A stretch of DNA of 64,000 nt, taken from NCBI GenBank assembly GCA_900768995.1, contig CAAGEZ010000017.1:22455-86454 (forward strand), written 5' to 3'. Positions 18,921 to 29,200 of the stretch are shown one piece after another. How positions within the stretch are numbered: the first letter of the stretch is position 1; the number at the start of each line of letters is the position of its first letter. Origin of the DNA: Oscillospiraceae bacterium. Its GTDB lineage: Bacteria > Bacillota > Clostridia > Oscillospirales > Ruminococcaceae. The notes under the pieces are model-generated. The model made no database searches. It worked only from the letters and a program-made list of their open reading frames with translations, and was not told the DNA's origin. The translations under genes and the position numbers were made by a program.

Positions 18921-20216
18921 CTATCTTCCAAGAATGGCGTCAAGCAGAGCACCGCCGTCATTTTCCGAAAAGCGGAGACTTACGCCAAGCTTTTTTTCCA
19001 CGTCTGATATAGTAAGATCATCAAGAAACAGGTCGCCGTCGTGGATTACCATTGATTTTGAGAGAAGAAGCTCTGTTCCTATCTCCTTGTCACTGAGCTG
19101 GTCAATGATATCCCCTGCCGTAAGAAGTCCTGTAACGGTTATTGTTTCTCCGAAAAAGTGATTTATTATTTTATAGACCCTGCATTTAAGCCCGAATTTT
19201 TCCTCGGCAGCGTGAGCAAGCTTTGCTATCATATCATAAGCCGCCGCACCTGTGGCGATTGAAACATTGCGGTCGATTTTTTCATCGGGTTCAGCATTCA
19301 GTGCATCGAAAAATTCATCATAAAGTGACCGCATCATTCCGACACCGTTTTCGTACTGAGGATATTCCTCATAAAAATCAGCATCTGGCAGCGGTCTTCC
19401 CGCCGTAAGATAAAACTCGTCCGAGGGGAAAACAAGTCTTGTTCCGTATTTATCAAGAAATTTACGCTGAAATTCCTCAATAATGTCGATTGCCCTGCCT
19501 GCGCCCTCTTTATCAAACATCGTGAGAGGAAAAAGCCCGTCACGGAATTTGGTAAGCCCAACGGGAACGATCGCAACGCTGCTCACATTCGGCATAAGAT
19601 TTCCGAGATCTGTGAGCGTTCTTTTGAGCTCGTCGCCGTCATTCAGTCCCGGACAGAGGACTATCTGACAGTTCATTGATATTCCTGCTTCCGAAAGCTG
19701 ACGGAGATAATCTATCTTTTCGCCTGCAAAACGGTTATGCATCATTTTGCAGCGAAGCTCGGGATTTGTTGTATGAACGGAAATGTTGATATTGAGCTTC
19801 ATTTTGATGATTCTGTCAATATCTTCCTGCTTGAGGTTTGTCAGAGTTACATAATTTCCCTGCAAAAAAGAAAGTCGTGCATCATCGTCCTTGAAATAAA
19901 GGGTCTCTCGCATTCCTTTCGGCATCTGGTCGATAAAGCAGAAAACACACTTGTTGCAGCAGCTCTGCTTTTTATCCATAAGAAATGTATTAAATTCCAG
20001 TCCAAGGTCGTCATACTCACTTTTACGAATTTTCAGCATAATATGCTTTCCGTTTCGTTCAAGAAGAACTGTGACGATATTTTCCGAGGAATAATACATA
20101 TAATCAAGCACGTCCGATATTTTATGACCGTTTATGGACACAAGAATATCGCCGCTTTTTATCCCGTGCCGTGCAGCGGGAGAATTGGCTGTTACGCCCG
20201 TTATTTCAGCAGACAT
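18921..20216 (-). CDS. PDZ-domain-containing DUF512 / radical-SAM-like Fe-S protein
   Basis: An N-terminal PDZ domain (GVTANSPAARHGIKSGDILVSINGHKI) and the Cys cluster CCNKCVFCF. Genes of this family are conserved upstream of der in Clostridia. Confidence 0.6.
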   Translation of the reverse strand: MSAEITGVTANSPAARHGIKSGDILVSINGHKISDVLDYMYYSSENIVTVLLERNGKHIMLKIRKSEYDDLGLEFNTFLMDKKQSCCNKCVFCFIDQMPKGMRETLYFKDDDARLSFLQGNYVTLTNLKQEDIDRIIKMKLNINISVHTTNPELRCKMMHNRFAGEKIDYLRQLSEAGISMNCQIVLCPGLNDGDELKRTLTDLGNLMPNVSSVAIVPVGLTKFRDGLFPLTMFDKEGAGRAIDIIEEFQRKFLDKYGTRLVFPSDEFYLTAGRPLPDADFYEEYPQYENGVGMMRSLYDEFFDALNAEPDEKIDRNVSIATGAAAYDMIAKLAHAAEEKFGLKCRVYKIINHFFGETITVTGLLTAGDIIDQLSDKEIGTELLLSKSMVIHDGDLFLDDLTISDVEKKLGVSLRFSENDGGALLDAILGR

Positions 20217-20291
20217 ATGACCTCCGCAAACATTACTCTAAGAAAAAAGCAGAGAAGGATCGCTCCTGCTCTGCTTTCTGAGGAAACAAAA

Positions 20292-20474
20292 TCACGCTTC
20301 CTTCTTAATTACCTCAACGCCCTTGTAATATCCGCAGTTCTTGCAAACCTTGTGAGGAGCGGTAAGCTCGCCGCAGTGTGAGCATCTTGAAAAAGCGGGG
20401 GTGTCCAGCTTCCATACAGCGGAACGTCTCTTGTCACGTCTTGCCTTGGAAACCTTTCTCTTTGGTACTGCCAT
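20292..20474 (-). CDS. rpmF: 50S ribosomal protein L32
   Basis: MAVPKRKVSKARRDKRR together with a CxxC...CxxC zinc ribbon. Confidence 0.95.
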   Translation of the reverse strand: MAVPKRKVSKARRDKRRSAVWKLDTPAFSRCSHCGELTAPHKVCKNCGYYKGVEVIKKEA

Positions 20475-20561
20475 TATTCAGCACCTCCTTATCATTTAAG
20501 ATAATCAAATTCCTGACAGCCTACAACGTATTTGAATACGTATAAGCATATAAGCATTCTG

Positions 20562-21026
20562 TTATTCACAGTTGCAGTCGGAAATGTTCAGATCCGCACC
20601 GCATTTCGGACACAATCCCTTGCAGTCCTCTTTGCAGAGCAGCTTTGTCGGCATCTGCAGCAGAATGTCATTTACGGCAAGCTCGTCCAAATCAAGCTTA
20701 TCATTTTCAGTCACAACATATTCGTCATTATCGCTGTTAAGACTTCTGACAAGAATATGCTCGAAATCAAAAGAATAGCTTCGTTCAAACTTGCAAAGAC
20801 ATCTGTCACATTCGGCACTTATGGTAAAATCAGCATTGTAGCTGAGAGTAACTACACCTGCACGATTCTGCACAGTACCTTTCAGATTAACAGGACCGAT
20901 AAAGCTATAACCATTTATTTCATCCAGCCTGTCACGGGAAAGCTCACAGGAAATGTCAAGCTTTTCGCCGATGATCTCATAAAGCTGTTTTAAGCCTATA
21001 ACCATGATACGCTCCTGCACCAACAC
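20562..21026 (-). CDS. yceD: YceD/DUF177 family protein (large-subunit rRNA accumulation protein)
   Basis: The CDRCL...CKEDCKGLCPKCGADLN cysteine motifs, and a position immediately upstream of rpmF. Confidence 0.8.
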   Translation of the reverse strand: MLVQERIMVIGLKQLYEIIGEKLDISCELSRDRLDEINGYSFIGPVNLKGTVQNRAGVVTLSYNADFTISAECDRCLCKFERSYSFDFEHILVRSLNSDNDEYVVTENDKLDLDELAVNDILLQMPTKLLCKEDCKGLCPKCGADLNISDCNCE

Positions 21027-21090
21027 ACAAGCTATATTATATCACAACGAAAATGATATGTCAATAGTCTGTGGAAATTTTTTTCCTGAT

Positions 21091-21501
21091 TTACTTGATA
21101 GCAAACTTTGTAACGCTGTCGGGAAGATCAGCCTTGTCAGCGGAAACAGTGAATACTACGTTAACATCGCTGCCGGTGAGCTTGTCGATCTTGGCGAGAA
21201 GAGCACCGAGAGCCTCGTAATCAGCTCCGCCGATCTTGAGGATAGAATCTACGAAGATATCCTTGATATCGTAGTTGCCTGCGAGGAGACCTGCAACGAG
21301 ACCAAAGAATGCCTCGAAGGAATAGATGCAGTTCTTGTCGGTGTCAACGATTCTTACGGTGTGACCGATATCGTATCTGAGCTTGTCGCTCTTATCAATG
21401 CAGACAACATAGCCGTCGGTGTTCTGGGAAGCAGCATTGATCATATCAATGAGTATCTTAGTCTTACCTGAGCCCTTATTACCTGTAATAATCTTTACCA
21501 T
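21091..21501 (-). CDS. Small hypothetical P-loop protein
   Basis: A Walker-A-like GNKGSGKT near the N-terminus. I chose the start at MVKIIT, which has a GGAG ribosome-binding site. I could not recognise a family. Confidence 0.4.
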   Translation of the reverse strand: MVKIITGNKGSGKTKILIDMINAASQNTDGYVVCIDKSDKLRYDIGHTVRIVDTDKNCIYSFEAFFGLVAGLLAGNYDIKDIFVDSILKIGGADYEALGALLAKIDKLTGSDVNVVFTVSADKADLPDSVTKFAIK

Positions 21502-21654
21502 AATAACTCCATTCTCAGCGGCGGAAAGTATTTTTTTGGAATCCTGCGGCAGACCCCTCAAAGCGCCGCTGTGCAGCTCTGAGGACTGATGAAAGCTATT
21601 TCATCACGCCGCCCTATTCCGTCTATCATCACCCTTTGAGGGTTGAAGCCTTTT

Positions 21655-22995
21655 TTATCTGCCGAGCTTTGCTTCGAGAGCAGACTTCTGATCTTCATAG
21701 CCTGGCTTGCCGAGGAGAGCGAACATATTCTTCTTGTAGCTCTCAACGCCGGGCTGGTTAAAAGGATTGATGCCAAGCATATAACCGCTTACAGCGCAAG
21801 CCTTTTCAAAGAAATAAACCATATATCCGAAGCTCTTTTCGGTGGTATCCTCAAGCTCAAGAACGATGTTAGGAACATTGCCCTCAGTGTGAGCAAGGAT
21901 AGTGCCCTCAAAAGCACATCTGTTAACAACAGACATATTCTGATTTGTGAGGAAGTTCAGACCGTCAAGATTCTGAGCGTCATTCTCAAGGAAGAAATCC
22001 TGCTTGGGCTTCTTGATGTCAACAACAGTCTCAAACATTACTCTTGAACCGTCCTGAATGAACTGACCCATAGAGTGAAGATCGGTGGAGAAAATGCAGG
22101 AAGAGGGGTAGATACCTCTGTTGTCCTTGCCCTCGCTCTCGCCGAAGAGCTGCTTGAACCATTCAGCCATCATAGCGAATGAAGGATCGTAAGCTTCGAG
22201 GATCTCAACAGACTTGCCCTTTCTGTAAAGGATATTTCTGATAGCAGCATACTTGTAGCAGTCATTGCTGTCAAAGCCTGCCTTGAGCTCTTCTCTTGCC
22301 TGAGCCGCACCTGCCATAACAGCATCAATGTCGCAGCCTGCAACGGCAATGGGAAGAAGTCCTACTGCTGTAAGAACGGAATATCTGCCTCCAATGTCAT
22401 CGGCAATAACGAAGGTCTCGTAGCCCTCCTTGTCGGAAAGCTCCTTAAGGGTTCCTCTTGCCTTGTCAGTGGTAGCGAAAATTCTTTCCTTTGCGCCTTC
22501 CTTGCCGTACTTCTTCTCAACAAGGTCTCTGAAAACTCTGAATGCAAGGGCAGGCTCGGTAGTTGTACCGGACTTTGAAATAACATTTACGGAAATATCC
22601 TTGCCGTCGCAGATAGAGATGATCTCATTAAGATAAGTAGGGGAAATATTGTTGCCGACATAGTAGATGTCAGGTGTGTCCTTCTTAAGGTTATTGTAAA
22701 GAGGCGACTTCATAAGCTCAATAGCTGCTCTTGCGCCGAGATAGGAACCGCCGATTCCGATAACGATAAGAATATCGGAATTGGACTGTATCTTCTTTGC
22801 AGCAGCCTTGATCCTTGCAAACTCGTCCTTGTCGTAATCAACGGGAAGGTCGAGCCAGCCGAGGAAGTCGTTTCCTGCGCCTGTTCTTTCCTCAAGAGTC
22901 TTTGCAGCAAGCTCAGCCTGAGCCTTGACTGCTTCCATCTCGTGAGGTGCAATATAGCTTTCAAGATATTTGGTATTCAGATGTAAAGGTGCCAT
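21655..22995 (-). CDS. pgi: Glucose-6-phosphate isomerase
   Basis: The 446-aa bacterial short-type PGI, with IGIGGSYLG and the conserved active-site region. Confidence 0.95.
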   Translation of the reverse strand: MAPLHLNTKYLESYIAPHEMEAVKAQAELAAKTLEERTGAGNDFLGWLDLPVDYDKDEFARIKAAAKKIQSNSDILIVIGIGGSYLGARAAIELMKSPLYNNLKKDTPDIYYVGNNISPTYLNEIISICDGKDISVNVISKSGTTTEPALAFRVFRDLVEKKYGKEGAKERIFATTDKARGTLKELSDKEGYETFVIADDIGGRYSVLTAVGLLPIAVAGCDIDAVMAGAAQAREELKAGFDSNDCYKYAAIRNILYRKGKSVEILEAYDPSFAMMAEWFKQLFGESEGKDNRGIYPSSCIFSTDLHSMGQFIQDGSRVMFETVVDIKKPKQDFFLENDAQNLDGLNFLTNQNMSVVNRCAFEGTILAHTEGNVPNIVLELEDTTEKSFGYMVYFFEKACAVSGYMLGINPFNQPGVESYKKNMFALLGKPGYEDQKSALEAKLGR

Positions 22996-23138
22996 TGTTT
23001 TATCCTCCTTGAAATTTCACATTTCTCTCCAAATGTGACAATCAATCCATATACAAATATTATATTACTATATTTTCAGAGAATTTGCAAGATTTTTTGG
23101 CAACATTAACTTAATAATCAAAAAATTAGTTGATTTAA

Positions 23139-24290
23139 CTAAAATTCGACGATGTATTTCATCATATCTGACAACACATTCAACACACTTTTTTTATCTG
23201 CATTCTCCGCTGCCCTCAGTTCAGCTGTTTTCAGAAGCTTTTCACCGCAGTAAAATCTCAGCTCCCCCACCTTGTCACCTTTTTTTACGGGAGCATATAC
23301 ATATGACGGGAGTATCACCGACGCTTTTATATTATCTTCCGACCCTTTGGCGATAAGGACACTCCCAAGATTTTCAACAGATATGACAGCTTCCCTGACA
23401 CAGCCGTTCTTCACAGCTATTTTTTCGGGCATATCCTCGGGAATTGACAGGCTTTTCACCGTATATCCGCCGAAGCCTATGTCAAGGAGTTCTGCCGCCA
23501 GTCCCAGTGCCCTGTCCTCCTCCTTGCAGTCAAGCACGGCACATACAAGTGACAGCTCATCACGGCGTGCTCCCTCGGCGGCAAAATATCCGGACGATGG
23601 CCCCATTCCGCATTTAAAGCCTACAGAGCCTTTGTATCTGTGCCCCATTGGATTTGAAGTGACAAGCTGGACCTTGCCGTCCTTTATTTCTTCAAGCCTT
23701 GTGACGAATATATCTGTAAGCTCATCGTGCTTTGATAGCTCGCAGAGAAGCAGTGCAGCATCATATGCGGTGGTGTGCTGTGCATCATCATTATAGTATC
23801 CAGTACATTCGGTAAAAACCGTATCAGTCATACCAAGCTCCGAAGCTCTTGCATTCATAAGCTCGGTAAATTTTTCCTCTGTCCCGCCCACCTTTTCAGC
23901 AAGAACGCAGGAGGCATCATTGGCATTACCGATTATCACGCCTTTTAGCAGTTCGCTGACAGTAGATTTCTCCCCCGGCATAAGCCATATCTGTGCCCCC
24001 TGCTTTGAATTTGCGTTCTCACTTGCGGCGATCTCGGTGTCAAGTGTCAGCTCTCCCCTGTCCATAGCTTCCGCTGTCAGCAGCACGGTCATAAGCTTAT
24101 TGAACGAGCCCATATGCACAGGCGCTCTGCTGTTTTTTTCACGGATAACTGTCTTTGTGGTAGGTTCCATAAGAACGTAGCATTCCTTATAGTCTGTTTC
24201 TGCCTTATCCTGTGCCGATATTGCCAATGTCTGTGAGAACATTATTATAGTGCTCGTTAAAAATGCAGCAGTCTTTCTGAATATCTTCAT
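23139..24290 (-). CDS. D-alanyl-D-alanine carboxypeptidase (serine-type, low-molecular-weight penicillin-binding-protein family)
   Basis: A signal peptide, a SxxK motif (SFNK), and a C-terminal PBP5-like domain. Confidence 0.8.
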   Translation of the reverse strand: MKIFRKTAAFLTSTIIMFSQTLAISAQDKAETDYKECYVLMEPTTKTVIREKNSRAPVHMGSFNKLMTVLLTAEAMDRGELTLDTEIAASENANSKQGAQIWLMPGEKSTVSELLKGVIIGNANDASCVLAEKVGGTEEKFTELMNARASELGMTDTVFTECTGYYNDDAQHTTAYDAALLLCELSKHDELTDIFVTRLEEIKDGKVQLVTSNPMGHRYKGSVGFKCGMGPSSGYFAAEGARRDELSLVCAVLDCKEEDRALGLAAELLDIGFGGYTVKSLSIPEDMPEKIAVKNGCVREAVISVENLGSVLIAKGSEDNIKASVILPSYVYAPVKKGDKVGELRFYCGEKLLKTAELRAAENADKKSVLNVLSDMMKYIVEF

Positions 24291-24352
24291 ATAAATTACC
24301 GTCCTTTCCCGTACATTCTATGACGAAAAGGACAGGTTTAGGACAGACAAAA

Positions 24353-24388
24353 GCGGCTGCCCGAATAAACAGACAGCCGCTTTATTTT
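24353..24388. terminator. Rho-independent terminator GCGGCTG...CAGCCGC followed by a T-run.
   Basis: A GC-rich stem with U-tracts on both strands, lying between the D,D-carboxypeptidase gene and the HPr-like gene. Confidence 0.6.
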
Positions 24389-24411
24389 ACATTAAATATT
24401 CAGTTTACCGA

Positions 24412-24642
24412 TTATTCAACGATATACTGCTTGATCTTCTCAAAGAACTCGGAAGCATCATCGGTGTGAGCTTCAAGAGCGATGGGCTTGGAAAGATCGA
24501 GGCTGAAAATACCCATAATGGACTTAGCGTCAACAGCGTATCTTCCGGAAAGAAGGTCAACGTCATAATCGCAGAGGGAAACCTCAGAAACGAAATTCTT
24601 TACATCATTGATAGTTGCAAGCATAATAGTAGTCTTTTTCAT
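24412..24642 (-). CDS. HPr-like (PTS phosphocarrier fold) protein that lacks the catalytic His15.
   Basis: GRYAVDAKSIMGIFSLDL aligns with the HPr Ser46 region (GKTVNLKSIMGVMSLGI). The GIHARPA His15 region is replaced by INDVKNF. Confidence 0.55.
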   Translation of the reverse strand: MKKTTIMLATINDVKNFVSEVSLCDYDVDLLSGRYAVDAKSIMGIFSLDLSKPIALEAHTDDASEFFEKIKQYIVE

Positions 24643-24754
24643 AACAACCCATCCTTTCGGTGTTCATAAAAATATCCGGAAAACCGCAGGATCTGTAATT
24701 TTGCAGCTTCCTTGATATTAAGAATAACAGTTTTTTACGATTAAGTCAAGAGGA

Positions 24755-24783
24755 TTTGCAATTTTTTTTATTTTATTGTATAA
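24755..24783 (+). promoter_or_regulatory. Putative sigma-A-type promoter TTGCAA, 16 nt, TATAAT, upstream of mtaB.
   Basis: Hexamers read directly from the sequence. The ribosome-binding site is GGAGGA at about 24840. Confidence 0.45.
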
Positions 24784-24852
24784 TAGCATATAGCCCTAAA
24801 AAACTAAAAGGTTTTCAGTATGCATCTTACACAAAAATTCTTGGAGGATTTT

Positions 24853-26214
24853 ATGTATATTTACTTTATAACCTTCGGCTGCAAGGTCAACACATACGAA
24901 ACGGCTTGTATGACTGCGGCATTTGAAGCGGAAGGTTTTACGCCTACTCTTGAAAAAAATCTTGCGGATATATTCGTCATAAACTCCTGCACAGTGACAT
25001 CTGAAAGCGACAGCAAGCTGAGACAGACACTCAGAGGTCTGCGGAGAGATCACCCCGATTCGGTCATAGTGCTGACGGGCTGCTATCCTCAGGCATTCCC
25101 AGATGAAGCGGCTGCGGAGGAATGTGCGGATATAGTCACGGGAACCAAGAACCGAAGCAATATTGCAAGGCTTGTGAAAAATTATCTTGATGACAGGGAA
25201 AGAGTCTGTTCTGTTGCTCCATATTCGTCAGGAGACGGCTTTGAGGTTATGTCTGCGGACAATATTGAGGGTCACACCCGTGCATTTATGAAAATTCAGG
25301 ACGGCTGCAATGCTTTCTGCACCTACTGCATTATCCCCTATGCCCGTGGACGTATCCGTTCAAAGCCTGTCGAAGATATTGTTTCTGAGGCAAGAAAGCT
25401 TGCGGAGAATGGTTACAGGGAGATAGTCCTTGTGGGGATAAATCTTGCGTTTTATGGCGCTGAGTTCGGGAAAGACCTTGCAGATGCGGCGGAGGCTGTA
25501 AACAGCGTTGACGGCATTGACAGAATACGTCTCGGGTCTCTTGAACCCGAAAAAATGACCAATGAAATGCTTATGCGGCTTGCGGCACTGCCTAAATTCT
25601 GCCCTTCTTTCCATTTGTCCCTCCAGAGCGGCTGCAATAGGACGCTCAAAGCGATGAACCGAAGGTACACCGCCGAGGAATACGCCGAACTCGTTGACAG
25701 GATAAGACACATTTTCCCCGACTGCGGCATTACCACTGACGTAATGGCGGGTTTTCCGGGTGAGACAGACACTGACCACAAGGAATCAGTGGAATTTATA
25801 AAGAAGATAGGCTTTTCAGATATCCACGTGTTCCCATATTCACGTAGAAAGGGTACGAAAGCCGACCTTATGGACGAACAAGTCCAGAACGAGATAAAAA
25901 AGCAGAGAGCCAAGGAGCTTGCCGAAGCAGGAGCTGTTTGTCGGCAGAAATTTCTGCAAAGCCTTGTGGGAAAAGAGTTTCCCGTTCTTTTTGAGAGAGA
26001 AAAATCCGACGGGATCCACCACGGATATGCTCCAAATTACACTCATATAAAAATTTTAACAAAAAATTCAGAAAAAAGTTTGCGTAAAATGATTTTTTAT
26101 GTTAAAATAGATAAGATAGGAGAAAATTGCTGTTTTGGTGAAATTTTGCCCGAACGCAGTATTCTCGACACCAACATTCGACACCAACATATAATAAAGG
26201 GGAGTATCTTACTT
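24853..26214 (+). CDS. mtaB: tRNA threonylcarbamoyladenosine methylthiotransferase MtaB (MiaB-like radical SAM). It has no in-frame stop and reads straight into purL.
   Basis: FGCKVNTYE (UPF0004 domain), the radical-SAM cluster CNAFCTYC, and a TRAM-like C-terminus ending YVKIDKIGENCCFGEIL. I chose the start at MYIYFITFGCKVN. The frame continues without a stop to 29922. Confidence 0.8.
26166..26191 (+). repeat. 13-bp perfect tandem duplication (CGACACCAACATT followed by CGACACCAACATa) at the mtaB/purL junction.
   Basis: Read directly from the sequence. Removing one copy restores an in-frame TAA TAA at the end of mtaB. Confidence 0.9.
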
Positions 26215-29200
26215 ATGCCAGTTTACCGAATTTATGTTGAAAAAAAACCTGAATTTGCCTCTTCGGCAAAGACCCTTCTTTCAGATGTGAAAACAGCCCT
26301 CAGACTGGATTCGCTCCGCTCGCTGCGTGTCATCAACCGCTACGATGCAGAGAATATCTCGGAAGAGAATTTCAACTATGCAGCAGGAAACGTTTTTTCC
26401 GAGCCTGCCGTTGATGTGACCTACAGAACTCTTCCCAAGCTTGCTAACGATGAAAGAGTTTTTGCGGTGGAGTATCTCCCCGGTCAGTTCGATCAGAGAG
26501 CCGATTCCTGCGAGCAGTGTATCCAGATCCTTACTCAGGGCGAGCGCTGCAAGGTCCGCAATGCACGTGTTTACATCACTCAGGGCACTATTTCCGATGA
26601 TGAATTTGAAGCTCTCAAAAAGTACATCATCAACCCTGTTGAAAGCCGTGAAGCATCTCTCGACGAGGTGGACACTCTTGCTGTAAAGTATGATATCCCC
26701 GAGACTGTCGAAACTCTCACAGGCTTTATAACTATGGACGATCTCGGTCTTGCCGATTTTGTTACAAAGTACAGACTTGCTATGGATTTCGATGACCTCA
26801 AGTTCTGCCAGAGCTATTTCCGTGACACCGAAAAGCGTGACCCCACTATCACTGAAATTCGTATGATAGATACATACTGGTCCGACCACTGCCGTCATAC
26901 CACATTCTCAACTATCATCGACAATGCAAATATTGACGCTGATTACATCAGAAAGACATACAACGAATATATCGACGCAAGAAAAGAGCTTGGCAGAGAA
27001 AACAAGCCCATTACCTTAATGGACATTGCCACAATTGCCGCTAAGAAGCTCAAAAAAGAAGGCATTCTCAAGGACCTTGACGAGTCTGAGGAGATAAATG
27101 CCTGCTCCGTAAAGATAAAGGTCGATGTTGACGGCGAGCTTCAGGACTGGCTCCTTATGTTCAAGAACGAGACCCATAACCACCCCACTGAGATTGAACC
27201 TTTCGGCGGTGCTGCAACCTGTCTCGGCGGTGCTATCAGAGACCCTCTCTCGGGTCGTTCCTATGTTTATCAGGCAATGCGTGTAACAGGTGCGTCCAAT
27301 CCCCTTGTGCCTGTTGAAGACACTATCCACGGCAAGCTTCCTCAGAGAAAGATCACAGTCGGCGCAGCAAACGGCTACAGCTCCTACGGAAACCAGATCG
27401 GTCTTGCCACAGGTCACGTTGCAGAGGTTTATCACCCCGGGTATGTGGCTAAGAGACTGGAGATAGGTGCAGTTGTAGGCGCAGCTCCTATGGAGAATGT
27501 TGTAAGAGAAGTTCCCGAGCCCGGTGACGTTATCATTCTCCTCGGCGGACGCACAGGACGTGACGGCTGCGGCGGCGCAACAGGCTCCTCCAAGTCCCAC
27601 ACAGAGCAGTCCCTTGAAAGCTGCGGTGCAGAGGTTCAGAAGGGTAATCCTCCCGAGGAAAGAAAGCTCCAGAGGCTTTTCCGTGACCCCGAGGTCACTC
27701 ATATGATCAAGCGCTGCAACGACTTCGGCGCAGGCGGCGTTTCCGTTGCTATCAGTGAGCTTACAGACGGTCTTGTTATCGACCTTAATGCCGTTCCCAA
27801 GAAGTATGACGGTCTTGACGGAACAGAGCTTGCTATTTCCGAGAGCCAGGAAAGAATGGCTGTTGTTATCAGAAAGTCTGATATGAAGAAGTTTATGGCT
27901 GCGGCTGCCAAGGAAAACCTTGAAGCAACAAAGGTCGCAGACGTTATGGAAGAACCCCGTCTTAAGATGAAGTGGAACGGCAAGGTCATTGTTGATCTTT
28001 CAAGAGAGTTCCTTAACTCCAACGGTGCAGAAAAGCACACAAATGTACAGGTTCCCCTTCCTATAACCGTTCAGCCCAAGTCTTACACAGACTGCCCCGA
28101 CAGCTGGTACACTCTTATGACAAACCTCAACGTATGCTCTCAAAAGGGTCTTGTTGAGCGTTTCGACTCCACTATCGGCGCTGGCACAGTTCTTATGCCC
28201 TACGGCGGCAAATATCAGCTCACTCCCACTCAGGCAATGGCTGCAAAGATACCAGTTCTTAAGGGTCAGACCACTACCTGCTCCCTTATGGGCTGGGGCT
28301 ACAATCCTTATGTAAGCGACAAGAGCCCTTACCACGGCGCTATGGCAGCTGTAATTGAGTCCGTTTCCAAGGTCATCGCAGCAGGCGGAAGCTACAAGAA
28401 CTGCTGGCTCACATTCCAGGAATATTTCGAGAGAACCCAGAACAATCCCACAAGATGGGGCAAGCCTTTTGCGGCTCTTCTCGGCGCATACAAGGCTCAG
28501 ATTGAGCTTGGCTGCGGAGCTATCGGCGGCAAGGATTCGATGTCGGGTACATTTGAAAATATCGACGTTCCCGCAACTCTCGTTTCCTTTGCAGTTTCTA
28601 CCGCAAGCAGCAAGAAAATAATCTCTCCCGAATTTAAAAAGGCAGGCAACAAGGTTATTTACATCACTCCCGATTATGATGAAAACGGTCTGCCCAAGTG
28701 GGACAGCGTAAGAAGCGTATTTGAGCGTGTTGAGGCACTCATTTCCGAGGGCAAGGCACTTTCCGTATGGTCTGTCGGTTTTGGCGGCGTTGCTGAGGCT
28801 GTTGCAAAGATGTCTCTCGGAAACAGAATAGGTTTCAAGTTTGATAAGAAGCTTGACAAGGATACCCTTTTCTATTCAAGATACGGTTCATTCGTTATCG
28901 AACTTGACGGCGATCCATTTACAGCAGAAAAGGTTATCGGTACAACAACCGATTCCTACACTATCGACTGCAAGGATTATGTTGTCGATATGGCTGATCT
29001 TCAGAAGTCGTGGGAGGACAAACTCGAACCTGTATTCCCCTGCAATATAAAGACTGAGAGCAAGCCTGCCAAGATATACACATACACCGCACACGACACT
29101 GTTCAGCACGCTTCCGCATTTGCAAAGCCAAAGGTTCTTATCCCTGTATTCCCCGGCACAAACTGCGAATACGATACAGCACGTGTATTTGAAAGAGCAG

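Noticed and set aside
26041-26214. The AT-rich stretch between the mtaB catalytic core and purL might be a foreign insertion or a riboswitch such as ZTP or purine.
   Set aside because: Its translation (…KMIFYVKIDKIGENCCFGEIL…) matches the expected C-terminal TRAM-like end of MtaB, so it is coding. No purine or ZTP riboswitch consensus is recognisable in the remaining roughly 50 nt.
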